Positions 9,107 to 18,513 of a DNA stretch of 61,933 bases are shown here, piece by piece (within the stretch, counting starts at the first letter, position 1; the number at the start of each line of letters is the position of its first letter). A program made the translations under genes and the position numbers. The DNA is from Acidimicrobiales bacterium (GTDB taxonomy: Bacteria; Actinomycetota; Acidimicrobiia; Acidimicrobiales; RAAP-2): the NCBI GenBank assembly GCA_017883065.1, contig JADGOG010000001.1, positions 1-61,933 on the forward strand. The letters are read 5' to 3'. The notes under the pieces were generated by a model that was not told where the DNA came from, made no database searches, and worked only from the letters and a program-made list of their open reading frames with translations.

Positions 9107-9858
9107 CCGCCCCCGTCGATCCCGTCGATCCGGCCCGGGGGGCCGGGGGCCGGCTCGAACTGGAACGGGTGAGTGCGTCCTATGGCCCCTACCGGGCCCT
9201 GTTCGAGGTCTCCTTCTCCGTCCCCGCCGGCACCGCGCTGGCCGTGGTCGGCGCCAACGGCGCCGGCAAGTCGACTGTGGCCCGGGTGGTGTCCGGACTG
9301 GTGCCGTCGACCTCGGGCACCGTTCGCTTCGACGGCATCGACATCACCCGACGACCTGCCTTCGAGATCGCCCGGATGGGACTGAACCACCTCACCGAGG
9401 GTCGCTCGGTCTTCGCCTCGCTGACCGTCGAGGAGAACCTCGCCCTCCCCTTCCGGCGTGCGCTCGGCCGTCAGGGGGTGGCCGGTGCCCTCGAGCAGGC
9501 CTACGAGGCCTTCCCCAAGCTGGGGGACCGACGTACCCAGTCGGCGGGCACCCTGTCAGGGGGCGAGCAGCGGATGCTGGCCCTGGCCCGGGTGCTCGTC
9601 CTCCACCAGAAGCTCCTGGTGGTCGACGAGCTCTCGTTCGGACTGGCCCCGGTGATCGTGGACGAGGTCTACCAGGCGCTCTCCCGGGTTCTGTCGGGAG
9701 GCACCTCGCTCCTGCTCATCGAGCAGCACGTCCACCGGGCCCTGGAGCTGGCCGACGCGGTGGTCGTGCTCAGCAAGGGCACCGTGGTCTACGACGGCCC
9801 GGTCGAAGGCGTGGAGCACCAGCTGAGCGAGCTGGTGCTCGGCCCGGAAGCGCCCTGA
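9103..9858 (+). CDS. livF: ABC transporter ATP-binding protein, LivF-type
   Basis: The track ORF 8563-9858 is trimmed to the ATG at 9103 (ATGA overlap with livG). Walker A GANGAGKST, signature LSGGEQRMLALARVL, Walker B LLVVDELSFGLAP. Confidence 0.9.
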   Translation: MTAPVDPVDPARGAGGRLELERVSASYGPYRALFEVSFSVPAGTALAVVGANGAGKSTVARVVSGLVPSTSGTVRFDGIDITRRPAFEIARMGLNHLTEGRSVFASLTVEENLALPFRRALGRQGVAGALEQAYEAFPKLGDRRTQSAGTLSGGEQRMLALARVLVLHQKLLVVDELSFGLAPVIVDEVYQALSRVLSGGTSLLLIEQHVHRALELADAVVVLSKGTVVYDGPVEGVEHQLSELVLGPEAP

Positions 9859-9873
9859 GGCGCCCGCCCCCGC

Positions 9874-10776
9874 CTAAAAGAAGCTGAAGGGGGGAATGCC
9901 GGGGGAGGCGTCCTTGAACAGCTCGCTCTTGGCCTCGGCCAGCTCCGTGATCGACCACGCCGAGTCGCGGTGGAGCTCGCCCACCGGATGGAAGCCACCC
10001 ATGGCCCAGATGTCACCGCCGAAGACGACGAAGTTCTGGCCGGAGACGTCGGCGGCCTCATCGGAGGCGAGGAAGGCCACCAGCTGGGCCACGTTGTTGG
10101 GGTCGAACTTGTCGAACCCGGCATCGGACTTGTCCATCTCCGAGAAGAGTCCCTCGGTCATCCGCGTCCGGGCCCGGGGAGAGATCGAGTTCACCGTGAT
10201 GCCGTAGCGTCCGAGCTCACGGGCCAGCACCCAGGTCAGAGAGGCGATGCCCGCCTTGGCCGCCGAGTAGTTGGCCTGGCCGGCGTTGCCGAAGAGCCCG
10301 GCCTCCGACGAGGTGTTGACGATCCGGCCCGACACGTCCTCGCCTGCCTTGGCCCGGCCCCTCCAGTAGACGGCGGCGTGATGGGAGGTGGCGAAGTGCC
10401 CCTTCAAGTGGACCCGGATCACGTCGTCCCAGTCCGACTCCTCCATGTTGAAGCACATCTTGTCCCGCAGGATCCCGGCGTTGTTGACCAGGATGTCGAG
10501 CTGGCCGAAGGTGTCGATGGCCTGGTGGATCAGATCGTGGGCCCCTTGCCATGAGCTGACATCGGACGCATTGACCGCACCGTCGCTGCCGCCGGCCTTG
10601 ATCAGCTCGACGACTTCCTCGGCGGGGTGCTTGTCGTCTCCCATGCCCTGCAGCGAGGCACCGACATCGTTGACGATCACCTTGGCGCCTTCGGATGCCA
10701 GCAGCAGGGCCTCCGAGCGGCCGATACCCCGTCCTGCCCCGGTGACGATCGCCACCTTGCCGTCGAGTGCTCCCAT
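9874..10776 (-). CDS. SDR family oxidoreductase (HSD17B4/3-hydroxyacyl-CoA dehydrogenase-like)
   Basis: 300 aa. TGAGRGIG cofactor motif, NNAG, and the S...YSAAK catalytic motif (NYSAAKAGI). Confidence 0.85.
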   Translation of the reverse strand: MGALDGKVAIVTGAGRGIGRSEALLLASEGAKVIVNDVGASLQGMGDDKHPAEEVVELIKAGGSDGAVNASDVSSWQGAHDLIHQAIDTFGQLDILVNNAGILRDKMCFNMEESDWDDVIRVHLKGHFATSHHAAVYWRGRAKAGEDVSGRIVNTSSEAGLFGNAGQANYSAAKAGIASLTWVLARELGRYGITVNSISPRARTRMTEGLFSEMDKSDAGFDKFDPNNVAQLVAFLASDEAADVSGQNFVVFGGDIWAMGGFHPVGELHRDSAWSITELAEAKSELFKDASPGIPPFSFF

Positions 10777-10948
10777 GATGTCCTCCTGTGTCTGCGTTCG
10801 GGCGGTCCGAAGTGATGAAGTCTCTGCTGACCCGAGTCCGTATCGACCCGGTCCGTGTTGGCTGCGTCTGAACCGTCGTGCGTGTGGCTGGTGCTACCAG
10901 TCTCCCGAGTCCCGGGAGGCATTGACGGTGTGACGGAACCGGGGAAGC

Positions 10949-11785
10949 ATGGCCGAAACCCACCGTTCCCGGCAAGACAGGACCACCATGAGCGTGCAGA
11001 ACCACCCGACGACCGGAGACCTGGACCTCCCCGGAGTATCCAGGCGGGTGGCCTTGGTCACCGGTGGAGGGCGGGGAATCGGGCGTGCCATCGCCCTCGG
11101 CCTGGCGGCCGACGGGTTCGATGTCGCCGTCAACTTCCGACGGGACGAAGCCGCGGCCGCGGCCACCACGTCCGATATCGAGTCGCTGGGAGGTCGGGCC
11201 TTCGCCTATCGGGCATCGGTGGACGACCCCGATGCGGCGCTGGGTCTGGCCGAGGCAGTGGTGGCCGACTTCGGGACCGTGGACACCCTGGTGTGCAATG
11301 CCGGGATCGCCAGCCGGGGGAACACCGTGGTGGACACCGAGCTCGGAGAGGTGGACCGGCTGATGCGGACCCATGTGACCAGTGCCTTCCTCCTGTGCAA
11401 GGCGCTGGTTCCGGCCATGCGCCTGAAGGAGAGGGCCGACGTGGTGTTCATCTCCTCGGTTGCCGCCCGGCTCCAGTCGGCCCGCTCGCTCCCCTACACC
11501 ATGGCCAAGGTGGCACTCGAGGCTCTGGCCATGACCCTGGCCAAGGAGGAGCGGGATGCGCAGATCCATGTGAACGTGGTGGCCCCGGGCCTGGTGGCGA
11601 CCGAGATGGGAAAGCGTCTGGTGAAGGGGGCCATGGGGGTGGAGGACATCGCCACGTTGGATGCCTCGGCGCCGTTCGGTCGGGTCTGCCGCCCCGAGGA
11701 CGTGGCCGACGTGGTCCGCTTCCTGGTCTCTCCGGCGTCGGGCTATCTCACCGGTCAGGTGGTCACCGTCGACGGCGGCGGTTGA
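10949..11785 (+). CDS. SDR family oxidoreductase (FabG-like)
   Basis: 278 aa. VTGGGRGIGRAIA, CNAG, and S..(13)..YTMAKVAL with a PG.V.T tail. The start is uncertain (alternative ATG at 10988). It is divergent from the previous SDR. Confidence 0.85.
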   Translation: MAETHRSRQDRTTMSVQNHPTTGDLDLPGVSRRVALVTGGGRGIGRAIALGLAADGFDVAVNFRRDEAAAAATTSDIESLGGRAFAYRASVDDPDAALGLAEAVVADFGTVDTLVCNAGIASRGNTVVDTELGEVDRLMRTHVTSAFLLCKALVPAMRLKERADVVFISSVAARLQSARSLPYTMAKVALEALAMTLAKEERDAQIHVNVVAPGLVATEMGKRLVKGAMGVEDIATLDASAPFGRVCRPEDVADVVRFLVSPASGYLTGQVVTVDGGG

Positions 11786-11824
11786 CACCCGGTGTCCCCG
11801 ATGTCTCACGACAGCAGAGAATTG

Positions 11825-11906
11825 TGCGGGCGAGAGGACTCGAACCTCCATCCCCGAGGGGACCGGGACCTAAACCCGGCGCGTCTGCCAATTCCGCCAC
11901 ACCCGC
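11825..11906 (-). tRNA. tRNA-Leu (anticodon UAG)
   Basis: The reverse complement reads GCGGGTG-TG-GCGGAATTGGCAGACGC-G-CCGGG-TTTAGGT-CCCGG-TCCCCTCGGGGAT-GGAGG-TTCGAGT-CCTCT-CGCCCGC-A. It has a 7-bp acceptor stem, the D-loop GG, a CCGGG/CCCGG anticodon stem with TAG in the loop, a long class II variable arm and a TTCGAGT T-loop. CCA is not encoded. Confidence 0.85.
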
Positions 11907-12074
11907 GGCACGGCGAGCCTACCAACCGGGCCCGGGGACACCCGGTGGGCCCGGTCACCGGTGCCGGTCGAGGGGCCCGTCCGGGTGGTCCTCGCAACAG
12001 GCGGTCATCCGCCCGACCTCCCGAGAACCACGTGTTCCAGCTGGTAGCGTTCGCGCCGACCAGGGCGCCCGGCC

Positions 12075-14000
12075 GTGTCGTCTCCCGGTGGAGCAACGGT
12101 GCCGGCCATGCCGTGCACCATGCCACTCGAACGCCCGACCGACGGAAGCACGACCATGGACCAACGGCCCGACATCCACGCGCCCGACCAGGCTGAAGTG
12201 CCTGAATCCGGCGAGGTCGACGGCGGGACGGTCGCCACCGAGGTCGCACCGGTCGACGAGACCCCGGATCGGGCCCTTCCCGGCCCGGGCCGGTCGGACC
12301 CACCGGACGTCGAGCGCTCGGTCCGGGCGCTGACCGTCGTCTTGGTGGTTGCCGCTGTCCTGATCGGCGCGTTCATCCGGGCGTGGTTGCTCTTCCACCA
12401 GGCGGTGACCTCCGACGAGGCGGTGGCCGGGCTGATCTCCCATCAGATCCTCCACGGGCACACCTACGCGTTCTTCTGGGGCCAGCCGTTCGGTGGTGTC
12501 GAGCCCTACGTGGTGGCCGCGGTCTTCGCCGTGCTGGGTCAGAGCAGTCTCACGCTGGGCCTGGCCCCGGTCCTCCTCTCCGCCGTCGCCGCCGTGCTGG
12601 TGTGGAGGGTGGCACTCCGTCTGGTGGGAAGTCCTGCGGTGGCGGTCCTGGCCGGTGCCCTGGCTTGGGCGTCCCCCTTCCCGGTGGTCTTCACCTCGAC
12701 CGTCGAAGGCGGGTACCGCGGTGTCACCCTGGCCTGTGGACTGGCCGTCCTCCTGGTCAGCCTCCGTGTCCTCGACGGCAAGTTCCACTACGCGGAGTTC
12801 GTGGCGCTGGGCCTGGTCACCGGTCTGGGATGGTGGTCGTTGCCGGAGATCGCCTACTTCCTGATCCCCGCCGGTCTCGTCCTGGCGGGGGCGATGGTGC
12901 AGTCGTCGAGAGCGGGCGACCTGGCCCGGTGGGCAGGTCGGGCCGGAGTGGCCGTCGTGGCCTTCGTCGTGGGTGCGTTCCCCTGGTGGTGGACGAACCT
13001 CGGGTCCGGGTTCGCCTCGCTCGACACCAGCAAGTTCCCCGGCTCGATCACCCCGCTCAATCCCGGCTACGGAGGCCGGCTACGGATCTTCTTCAAGTTC
13101 ACCCTGCCCATGTATGCGAACCTCCGGAGGCTGAGTACGGGCGGGTGGCTGTTCGGTGGTAGTGGGTCGTCGTTCCACCGGGTCCTGGTGGCCAGTGCCG
13201 TCGCCCTGATCGCCGCCGTCCTGGTCGGCGCGCTGATCCTGTGCTTCCTGCGAGGTGGCAGGTGCATCGCCCTCGGAGTGGCCGCCCTCCTCTACCCGTT
13301 CCTGGTCGCGCTGCAGCCGGGGACCTGGTTCTGGCAGGACGGCAGATACACGGTGTACCTGGGCCCTCTGCTGGCCCTGGTGCTGGCCGTGGCCTGCGTC
13401 GAGCTGGCGGCACGGATCGGTGGCAGCGCCCGGTCGGGTGCGGCCCACGGGCCATCCCGCCGCCGGGTGGCCGGACTGTCCCTGATGAGCGTGGTGGTGG
13501 CCCTCTCGCTGGCGCTGACGATGGTCGACTTCCACCAGTCGTTCTCGGTGACGGCCCGCGGCCTGGTCGCCAAGTGGGGCAATCCCGATGCGGCCGCTGC
13601 CGCCACCGCCGGCGCGCTCGAGGCCAAGGGGATCCGTACCGGCTACGCCGACTACTGGGTCGCCTACAAACTCGACTTCTTGAGTCGCGGCGGCTTGTCG
13701 CTGACCGTGGCCGGCACCGATCCCGACCGGTGGGGGTCCCTGGCCGAGGAGGTGCGGAACTCGAAGGCGCCGGCCTGGCTCTTCGTCCCCCCGGACCGGA
13801 TCCCGGCCGGCCTGCAGCAGTTCGCACAGACCGGGAACATCCAGGGACCGAGCGGTCTGACCGAGGCCCGGTTCCTCGCTGCCCTGCACCGCCTCGGCAT
13901 CCCCCACACGACGGTCGACGCCGGCCCGATCCAGGCGGTGATCCCTGCCCGCCCGGTCCAACTGCACGATGACGGACGAGTGACCGCGGCCGGGGCATGA
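12075..14000 (+). CDS. polytopic membrane glycosyltransferase, GT-C fold (GT39/ArnT/PMT-like)
   Basis: 641 aa with many hydrophobic spans. After the first span, the first loop carries ..LFHQAVTSDEAVAGLISHQILHG.., resembling the acidic DE loop motif of PMT/ArnT-type enzymes. A large soluble C-terminal domain follows. The start is uncertain (ATGs at 12108, 12120, 12156). Confidence 0.65.
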   Translation: MSSPGGATVPAMPCTMPLERPTDGSTTMDQRPDIHAPDQAEVPESGEVDGGTVATEVAPVDETPDRALPGPGRSDPPDVERSVRALTVVLVVAAVLIGAFIRAWLLFHQAVTSDEAVAGLISHQILHGHTYAFFWGQPFGGVEPYVVAAVFAVLGQSSLTLGLAPVLLSAVAAVLVWRVALRLVGSPAVAVLAGALAWASPFPVVFTSTVEGGYRGVTLACGLAVLLVSLRVLDGKFHYAEFVALGLVTGLGWWSLPEIAYFLIPAGLVLAGAMVQSSRAGDLARWAGRAGVAVVAFVVGAFPWWWTNLGSGFASLDTSKFPGSITPLNPGYGGRLRIFFKFTLPMYANLRRLSTGGWLFGGSGSSFHRVLVASAVALIAAVLVGALILCFLRGGRCIALGVAALLYPFLVALQPGTWFWQDGRYTVYLGPLLALVLAVACVELAARIGGSARSGAAHGPSRRRVAGLSLMSVVVALSLALTMVDFHQSFSVTARGLVAKWGNPDAAAAATAGALEAKGIRTGYADYWVAYKLDFLSRGGLSLTVAGTDPDRWGSLAEEVRNSKAPAWLFVPPDRIPAGLQQFAQTGNIQGPSGLTEARFLAALHRLGIPHTTVDAGPIQAVIPARPVQLHDDGRVTAAGA

Positions 14001-14043
14001 TCGAGTCGGCGAGGGCCCGCGAGCCACTGGCTATAGTCACTCC

Positions 14044-15174
14044 GTGCCACCAGCGCAGTCGTCCACACCTCCGGTGGCTCCCGTAGAGCCGGATTCGCCG
14101 TCCTCGGGGGAGGAGCTGGACGCCGCCGGGCGGGCCCGCTACCTCGACGAGGTGATGGCCGACATCGATGCCGAGGTCAAGCGAAGGCGCGCCTCGGGAG
14201 ACCTCCCCGCCGGTCTCGAGCAGGAGCTCGACGAGCTGTTCCTCGAGTTCTCACCTGTGGGGCTCCAGGGCAAGGCCAGGCTGCGCGAGACGCTGGCCCT
14301 GGTCGACAGCTCGGCCTACGTGGACATCGCCGTCCCCGTCGAGTCCCAGAAGGTGGTGGGGACCTACGTCAAACGGCTCATCCGCAAGACGATGGGCTGG
14401 TACCTCGGGTTCATCGTCCACCAGATCGTCAAGTTCGCCTGGTCGGTGTCGCGCATGTTCCACGTGGTGGTGGCGCACGTCGAGGACCTCGAGGCCGAGG
14501 TGGGGACGCTGCGGATCCCGGAGCTCCCCTACAGCGCAGTCCCGGTCGCCGTACCGGGGTCGACCTGGTGGGCGCCTGACGCGGTGGCCGCGCTCACCGG
14601 GGTCCGTGGGCGGGTACTGCACGCCGACTGCGGCGACGGCTCGCTCGTCGACACCCTGATCGCTGCCGGCGTCGACGCCTACGGTGTCGATCCGTCGGAG
14701 GCGGGCATCGAGTCGGCCATCGAGCGGGGCACCGACGTCCGGGCCGAACCGATGCTCGGCCATCTCGAGGTGGTGGGCGACGAGGCGCTGGCCGGCATGG
14801 TGCTGAGCGGATCCGTCCAGTGGCTCCATCCGAACGAGCGTGACCGGCTGGTACGCATGGCCACCACCCGCCTGGCGGTGGAGGGCGTGCTGGTCATCCA
14901 CTCGTCGACGCCCGAGTCCTGGACGGCGGCGACCTCCCCACTGGTCAGCGACCTGGCGCCCGGCCGACCCCTGCATGCAGAGACCTGGACGCACCTCCTG
15001 CACCTCCATGGCCTTCGCACGACCGCGCTGCACACCGGTGGGGACGACCGCCGGATCGATCCGATCCCCTTCTCGAACCCGGACGCCCCGGCGATCAATG
15101 CCGCCATCGTGGCGGTCAACGAGCGCCTGTTGGGCCCGGGTGAGTATCTCCTGGTCGCTGTCCGGGAGCGGTGA
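14044..15174 (+). CDS. class I SAM-dependent methyltransferase with long helical N-terminal region
   Basis: 376 aa with a GTG start. The N-terminus is charged and helical-looking (EELDAAGRARYLDEVMADIDAEVKRRRASGDLPAGLEQELDELFLEF). Motif I-like VLHADCGDGSLV and later VLVIHSSTP are present. It is paralogous to 17517-18500 (shared DLAPGRP.H.ETW tail). Confidence 0.7.
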   Translation: MPPAQSSTPPVAPVEPDSPSSGEELDAAGRARYLDEVMADIDAEVKRRRASGDLPAGLEQELDELFLEFSPVGLQGKARLRETLALVDSSAYVDIAVPVESQKVVGTYVKRLIRKTMGWYLGFIVHQIVKFAWSVSRMFHVVVAHVEDLEAEVGTLRIPELPYSAVPVAVPGSTWWAPDAVAALTGVRGRVLHADCGDGSLVDTLIAAGVDAYGVDPSEAGIESAIERGTDVRAEPMLGHLEVVGDEALAGMVLSGSVQWLHPNERDRLVRMATTRLAVEGVLVIHSSTPESWTAATSPLVSDLAPGRPLHAETWTHLLHLHGLRTTALHTGGDDRRIDPIPFSNPDAPAINAAIVAVNERLLGPGEYLLVAVRER

Positions 15175-16265
15175 CCGCCATCCACCAGTTCGTCCCGGCG
15201 CTGTTGCCGAGGGACGCCACTGGAGATCACACGCTGGCACTCCAATCGGCCCTCCGGCATGCCGGGTTCGAGTCGGACATCTATGTCGAAGCGGCCCATG
15301 ACGACCTGTGGCACCTGGCCACCTACTTCGAGGCCTATGCCGAGCGGGCGAAACCCGACGACCTCCTCGTCTACCAACTGAGCACGGCGTCCCCGCTGGC
15401 CGACTTCCTGCTGGACCGGCCGGAACGTCTGGTGCTCGACTACCACAACATCACCCCGTCGTCGTTCTACGAGTCGTGGGAGGACCACACCGCCGAGAAG
15501 GTGGAGCTGGCCCGGAGTCAGATGGTGGCCCTGGCACCTGCAGCCGTGCTCGGCATCGCCGACTCGGCGTTCAACGCCTCCGAACTGCGCCACTTCGGGT
15601 GCCCGGCCACTGCGGTCATCCCCATCCTGGTGGCCATCGGCGGCGAAGCACGCGTTCCCGATCCGGCCGAGTCGGCCCGCCTCGGCCGCGACCACGGCAG
15701 CGCCACCGTGTTGCTGTTCGTCGGCCGGCTCTCGCCCAACAAGGCCCAACACCACCTGGTCGAGGCGCTGTGGCTCTACCGGCGTTGGTACGACCCGGGG
15801 GCCCGGCTCCACCTGGTCGGCCCGGCCGTCACCCCGGCGTACGCCGAGGCGGTGTTCGCTCTGGCCGCCTCGCTGGGGCTGGGCGACGCCGTGCGACACG
15901 GCGAGGACCTCACCGACGGGCAGTTGGCCGCCTGGTACGCGGACGCCGATGTCTTCGTCTGCCTGTCCGAGCACGAGGGCTTCTGCATCCCCCTGCTGGA
16001 GGCCATGCACGCCGGACTTCCCATCGTCGCCCACGGGGCCGGGGCGGTGCCCGAGACGCTGACGGACGCCGGCATCCTGCTGGAGTCGAACCGACCCGGG
16101 GTGGTGGCCGCGGCCGTGCACCGGGTGGTCACCGACCGCCCGCTTTCCGACCGGATGGTGGCGGCCGGTCACCGACGACTCGACGCCTTCGCCCCGTCGA
16201 CGACCCGCGCCCGGTTCGTGGAGGTGCTCGGTCAGCTGGCCGGACAGAAGGGCCGGGTGGCATGA
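15171..16265 (+). CDS. glycosyltransferase family 4 (GTa paralog 1)
   Basis: 364 aa. The GTG start overlaps the upstream stop (GTGA). GT-B/GT4 signature ..LSEHEGFCIPLLEAMHAGLPIVAHGAGAVPETL.. The N-terminus IHQFVPALLPRDATGDH is shared with 18514 and 22604. Confidence 0.85.
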   Translation: MTAIHQFVPALLPRDATGDHTLALQSALRHAGFESDIYVEAAHDDLWHLATYFEAYAERAKPDDLLVYQLSTASPLADFLLDRPERLVLDYHNITPSSFYESWEDHTAEKVELARSQMVALAPAAVLGIADSAFNASELRHFGCPATAVIPILVAIGGEARVPDPAESARLGRDHGSATVLLFVGRLSPNKAQHHLVEALWLYRRWYDPGARLHLVGPAVTPAYAEAVFALAASLGLGDAVRHGEDLTDGQLAAWYADADVFVCLSEHEGFCIPLLEAMHAGLPIVAHGAGAVPETLTDAGILLESNRPGVVAAAVHRVVTDRPLSDRMVAAGHRRLDAFAPSTTRARFVEVLGQLAGQKGRVA

Positions 16266-17509
16266 AGCTCACCTTCGTCACCCCCCGCTACGGCACGGAG
16301 GTCATCGGCGGTGCCGAGACGGCGGCCCGCATGCTGGCCGAGCGCCTCTGTCGACGCTCCGACTGGGAGGTCGAGGTCCTGACCAGCTGCGCCCTGGACC
16401 ACCTCACCTGGGAGAACTCCGAGGCAGCCGGCACCACCGTGATCAACGGCGTCGAGGTGCACCGGTTCCCGACCGCCAGCCGTCGCCAGCTCGACTACTT
16501 CGAGCTCGACGCCAAACTCAGGGTGTCGCCGACCACCGCACCACTCGAAGAGTCCAGGCGGTGGGTGGCGCTCAACGGTCCGATGTGCCCGGACCTGGTC
16601 GACGCGGTGGCCACCAGTGACGCCGACGTCATCGCCTGCTATCCCTACCTGTTCGCCACCACGGTCGACGCCATCGCCGTGTCGAAGGTTCCGACGATCC
16701 TCCACCCGGCCGCTCACGACGAGCCGGCCCTCTACCTGTCCGCCTTCCGTCAGAGCTTCCGGGACATCGACGGGCTGGTGTACCACACCCAGGCCGAACG
16801 GGACCTGATGGAGTACGCCTTCGGTATCGGGGCCCGGCCACAGATCGTGTTGGGCCTGGGCGTCAACGATCCGGCCGGCGGCGGGCGGAGGGGGAGCGAG
16901 CTGCTCGGGCTGGGCGACCGGCCCTACCTCTGCTACCTGGGCCGGGTGGACGAGCACAAGGGCTGCGGCATGCTGAGCGAGTACTTCCAGCGCTACAAGG
17001 AGCGACACCCCTCGGACCTGGCCCTGGCCTTCGTCGGTCCGGTGTCGGACAAGGCGCCCGACCATCCGGACATCGTGGTGACAGGCACCGTCTCGGAGAC
17101 GGACAAGTGGGACATCCTCGGCGACGCCCAGGTGATGGTGACCCCCTCGGCGTACGAGTCGTTCTCGCTGGTGGTGCTGGAGGCATGGGCCGTCGGGGTG
17201 CCCGTCCTGGTCAATGCGTCGTGTGCGGCAACCATGGAGCACTGCCGCCGTTCGGGCGGCGGACTGTGGTTCGAGTCGTTCCGGTCGTTCGAGGTCACCG
17301 TCGACCGGCTGGTGGCGGACCGGGCCTTCCGGGACCGGCTCGCCGAGGCCGGACTGCAGTACACGTCGCGCTACTACCGGTGGCCGTCGATCATCGACCG
17401 GTACGCCGGCTTCCTCGACTCGGTGGTGGAGCGCGGTCCCCGCCCGACCATCCGGACCGGTCGCCTGCCACTCCCGGCCCGTGGCCCCGAGTACGTTCGG
17501 GAAGGATGA
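16262..17509 (+). CDS. glycosyltransferase family 4 (GTb paralog 1)
   Basis: The track ORF 15308-17509 is trimmed to the ATG at 16262 (ATGA overlap). MKLTFVTPRYGTEVIGGAETAARMLAERL..., then ..PSAYESFSLVVLEAWAVGVPVLVN.. (E-x7-E region). It is highly similar to 23784-24989. Confidence 0.85.
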   Translation: MKLTFVTPRYGTEVIGGAETAARMLAERLCRRSDWEVEVLTSCALDHLTWENSEAAGTTVINGVEVHRFPTASRRQLDYFELDAKLRVSPTTAPLEESRRWVALNGPMCPDLVDAVATSDADVIACYPYLFATTVDAIAVSKVPTILHPAAHDEPALYLSAFRQSFRDIDGLVYHTQAERDLMEYAFGIGARPQIVLGLGVNDPAGGGRRGSELLGLGDRPYLCYLGRVDEHKGCGMLSEYFQRYKERHPSDLALAFVGPVSDKAPDHPDIVVTGTVSETDKWDILGDAQVMVTPSAYESFSLVVLEAWAVGVPVLVNASCAATMEHCRRSGGGLWFESFRSFEVTVDRLVADRAFRDRLAEAGLQYTSRYYRWPSIIDRYAGFLDSVVERGPRPTIRTGRLPLPARGPEYVREG

Positions 17510-17516
17510 GGACTCC

Positions 17517-18500
17517 ATGAGCGCGGACGACCCGACCGATCACGAGGCGGACGACGACGGGACGACCGAGGCCGAGCGCGAGCTGCTCGCCGCCTTCGAC
17601 CGCCTCCGTCCCCAAGGTGGGGTCCGCTGGGCCTTCGACGACGCGCTGCGTCGGGTGGACCAACCCGACCTCGACTCCTCGGCCGGCGCGCACCCCTGGG
17701 CCGGCCTTCCCGACGACCTCTGGGACCGCGGGCGATCGGCCCGGATCGGTGAGCGGTTCGTGGGGGAGGTGGCCCGGGTCATGGCCGACCTGTTGGCGGC
17801 CGACGCCCGGGCGGCCGCCGATGCCGCAGTGTCCGCGGTCAACGGTGACCGGTTCGTGGCCACCTGGGACGCGTTGCAGTATCTGTCGGCCCGAGTCGAG
17901 GCGCTCGAGCGACGGGTCGACCCCCTCGGCCTCGAGGCCGCCGAATGGCCGGTTCCCTCCCCGGATGTGTCCGGGTGGCACGACGCCGTGCGGGGTTGGC
18001 TCGGCGACGACGTCCCGAATGGACCGGTGATCGTGGGTGAGTCCGGGGACGGTGCTCTGGTGGCTGCCCTGCGCCACGACGGCCGGGAGGTGCTCGGCAT
18101 CGAGCCCCGGGGGAGTGCGGTGTGGACCTCGTTCGACGATGAGGTGCCGGGCATCGTCTTCGACCACGTGGACCGCCATCTGCGCTCGGTCGACCGACGC
18201 AGTGCCGCCGGCGTGGTCCTGATCGGCTGCATCGACCGCGCCGATCTGGCCGGCAAGGTGGACCTGCTCGACCAGGCCCTGAGGATCACCAGGCCCGGAG
18301 GGGTCCTGGTGCTGCTGGGCACCGACCCGTCCGCGTGGGACGGCTCGCTCACCGTCCCCGCCCGGGACCTGGCGCCGGGGAGGCCCTTCCATCCGGAGAC
18401 CTGGTGTCTCCTCCTTCGGCGGGCCGGGTTCGTCGACCCGGTGTGGCACCGTTCCGACGGAGGGGTCGCGCAGGCAGTGGTGGCCAGGGTGGAGCGATGA
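17517..18500 (+). CDS. SAM-dependent methyltransferase-like protein (paralog of 14044-15174)
   Basis: The track ORF 17214-18500 is trimmed to the ATG at 17517 (MSADDPTDHEADDDG...). It has a helical N-terminal region ending in LSARVEALERRV, a weaker motif I VIVGESGDGALV, GGVLVLLGTDPSAW, and the tail DLAPGRPFHPETW. Confidence 0.65.
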   Translation: MSADDPTDHEADDDGTTEAERELLAAFDRLRPQGGVRWAFDDALRRVDQPDLDSSAGAHPWAGLPDDLWDRGRSARIGERFVGEVARVMADLLAADARAAADAAVSAVNGDRFVATWDALQYLSARVEALERRVDPLGLEAAEWPVPSPDVSGWHDAVRGWLGDDVPNGPVIVGESGDGALVAALRHDGREVLGIEPRGSAVWTSFDDEVPGIVFDHVDRHLRSVDRRSAAGVVLIGCIDRADLAGKVDLLDQALRITRPGGVLVLLGTDPSAWDGSLTVPARDLAPGRPFHPETWCLLLRRAGFVDPVWHRSDGGVAQAVVARVER

Positions 18501-18513
18501 CCGGGTGGCCCCG

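Noticed and set aside
11825-12075. tRNA-Leu as the integration site of a genomic island that would contain the glycan block.
   Set aside because: There is no integrase, excisionase or transposase, and I found no direct repeat of the tRNA 3' end. The tRNA 3' end points away from the glycan block. The block may still be accessory, but an integrative element is not supported.
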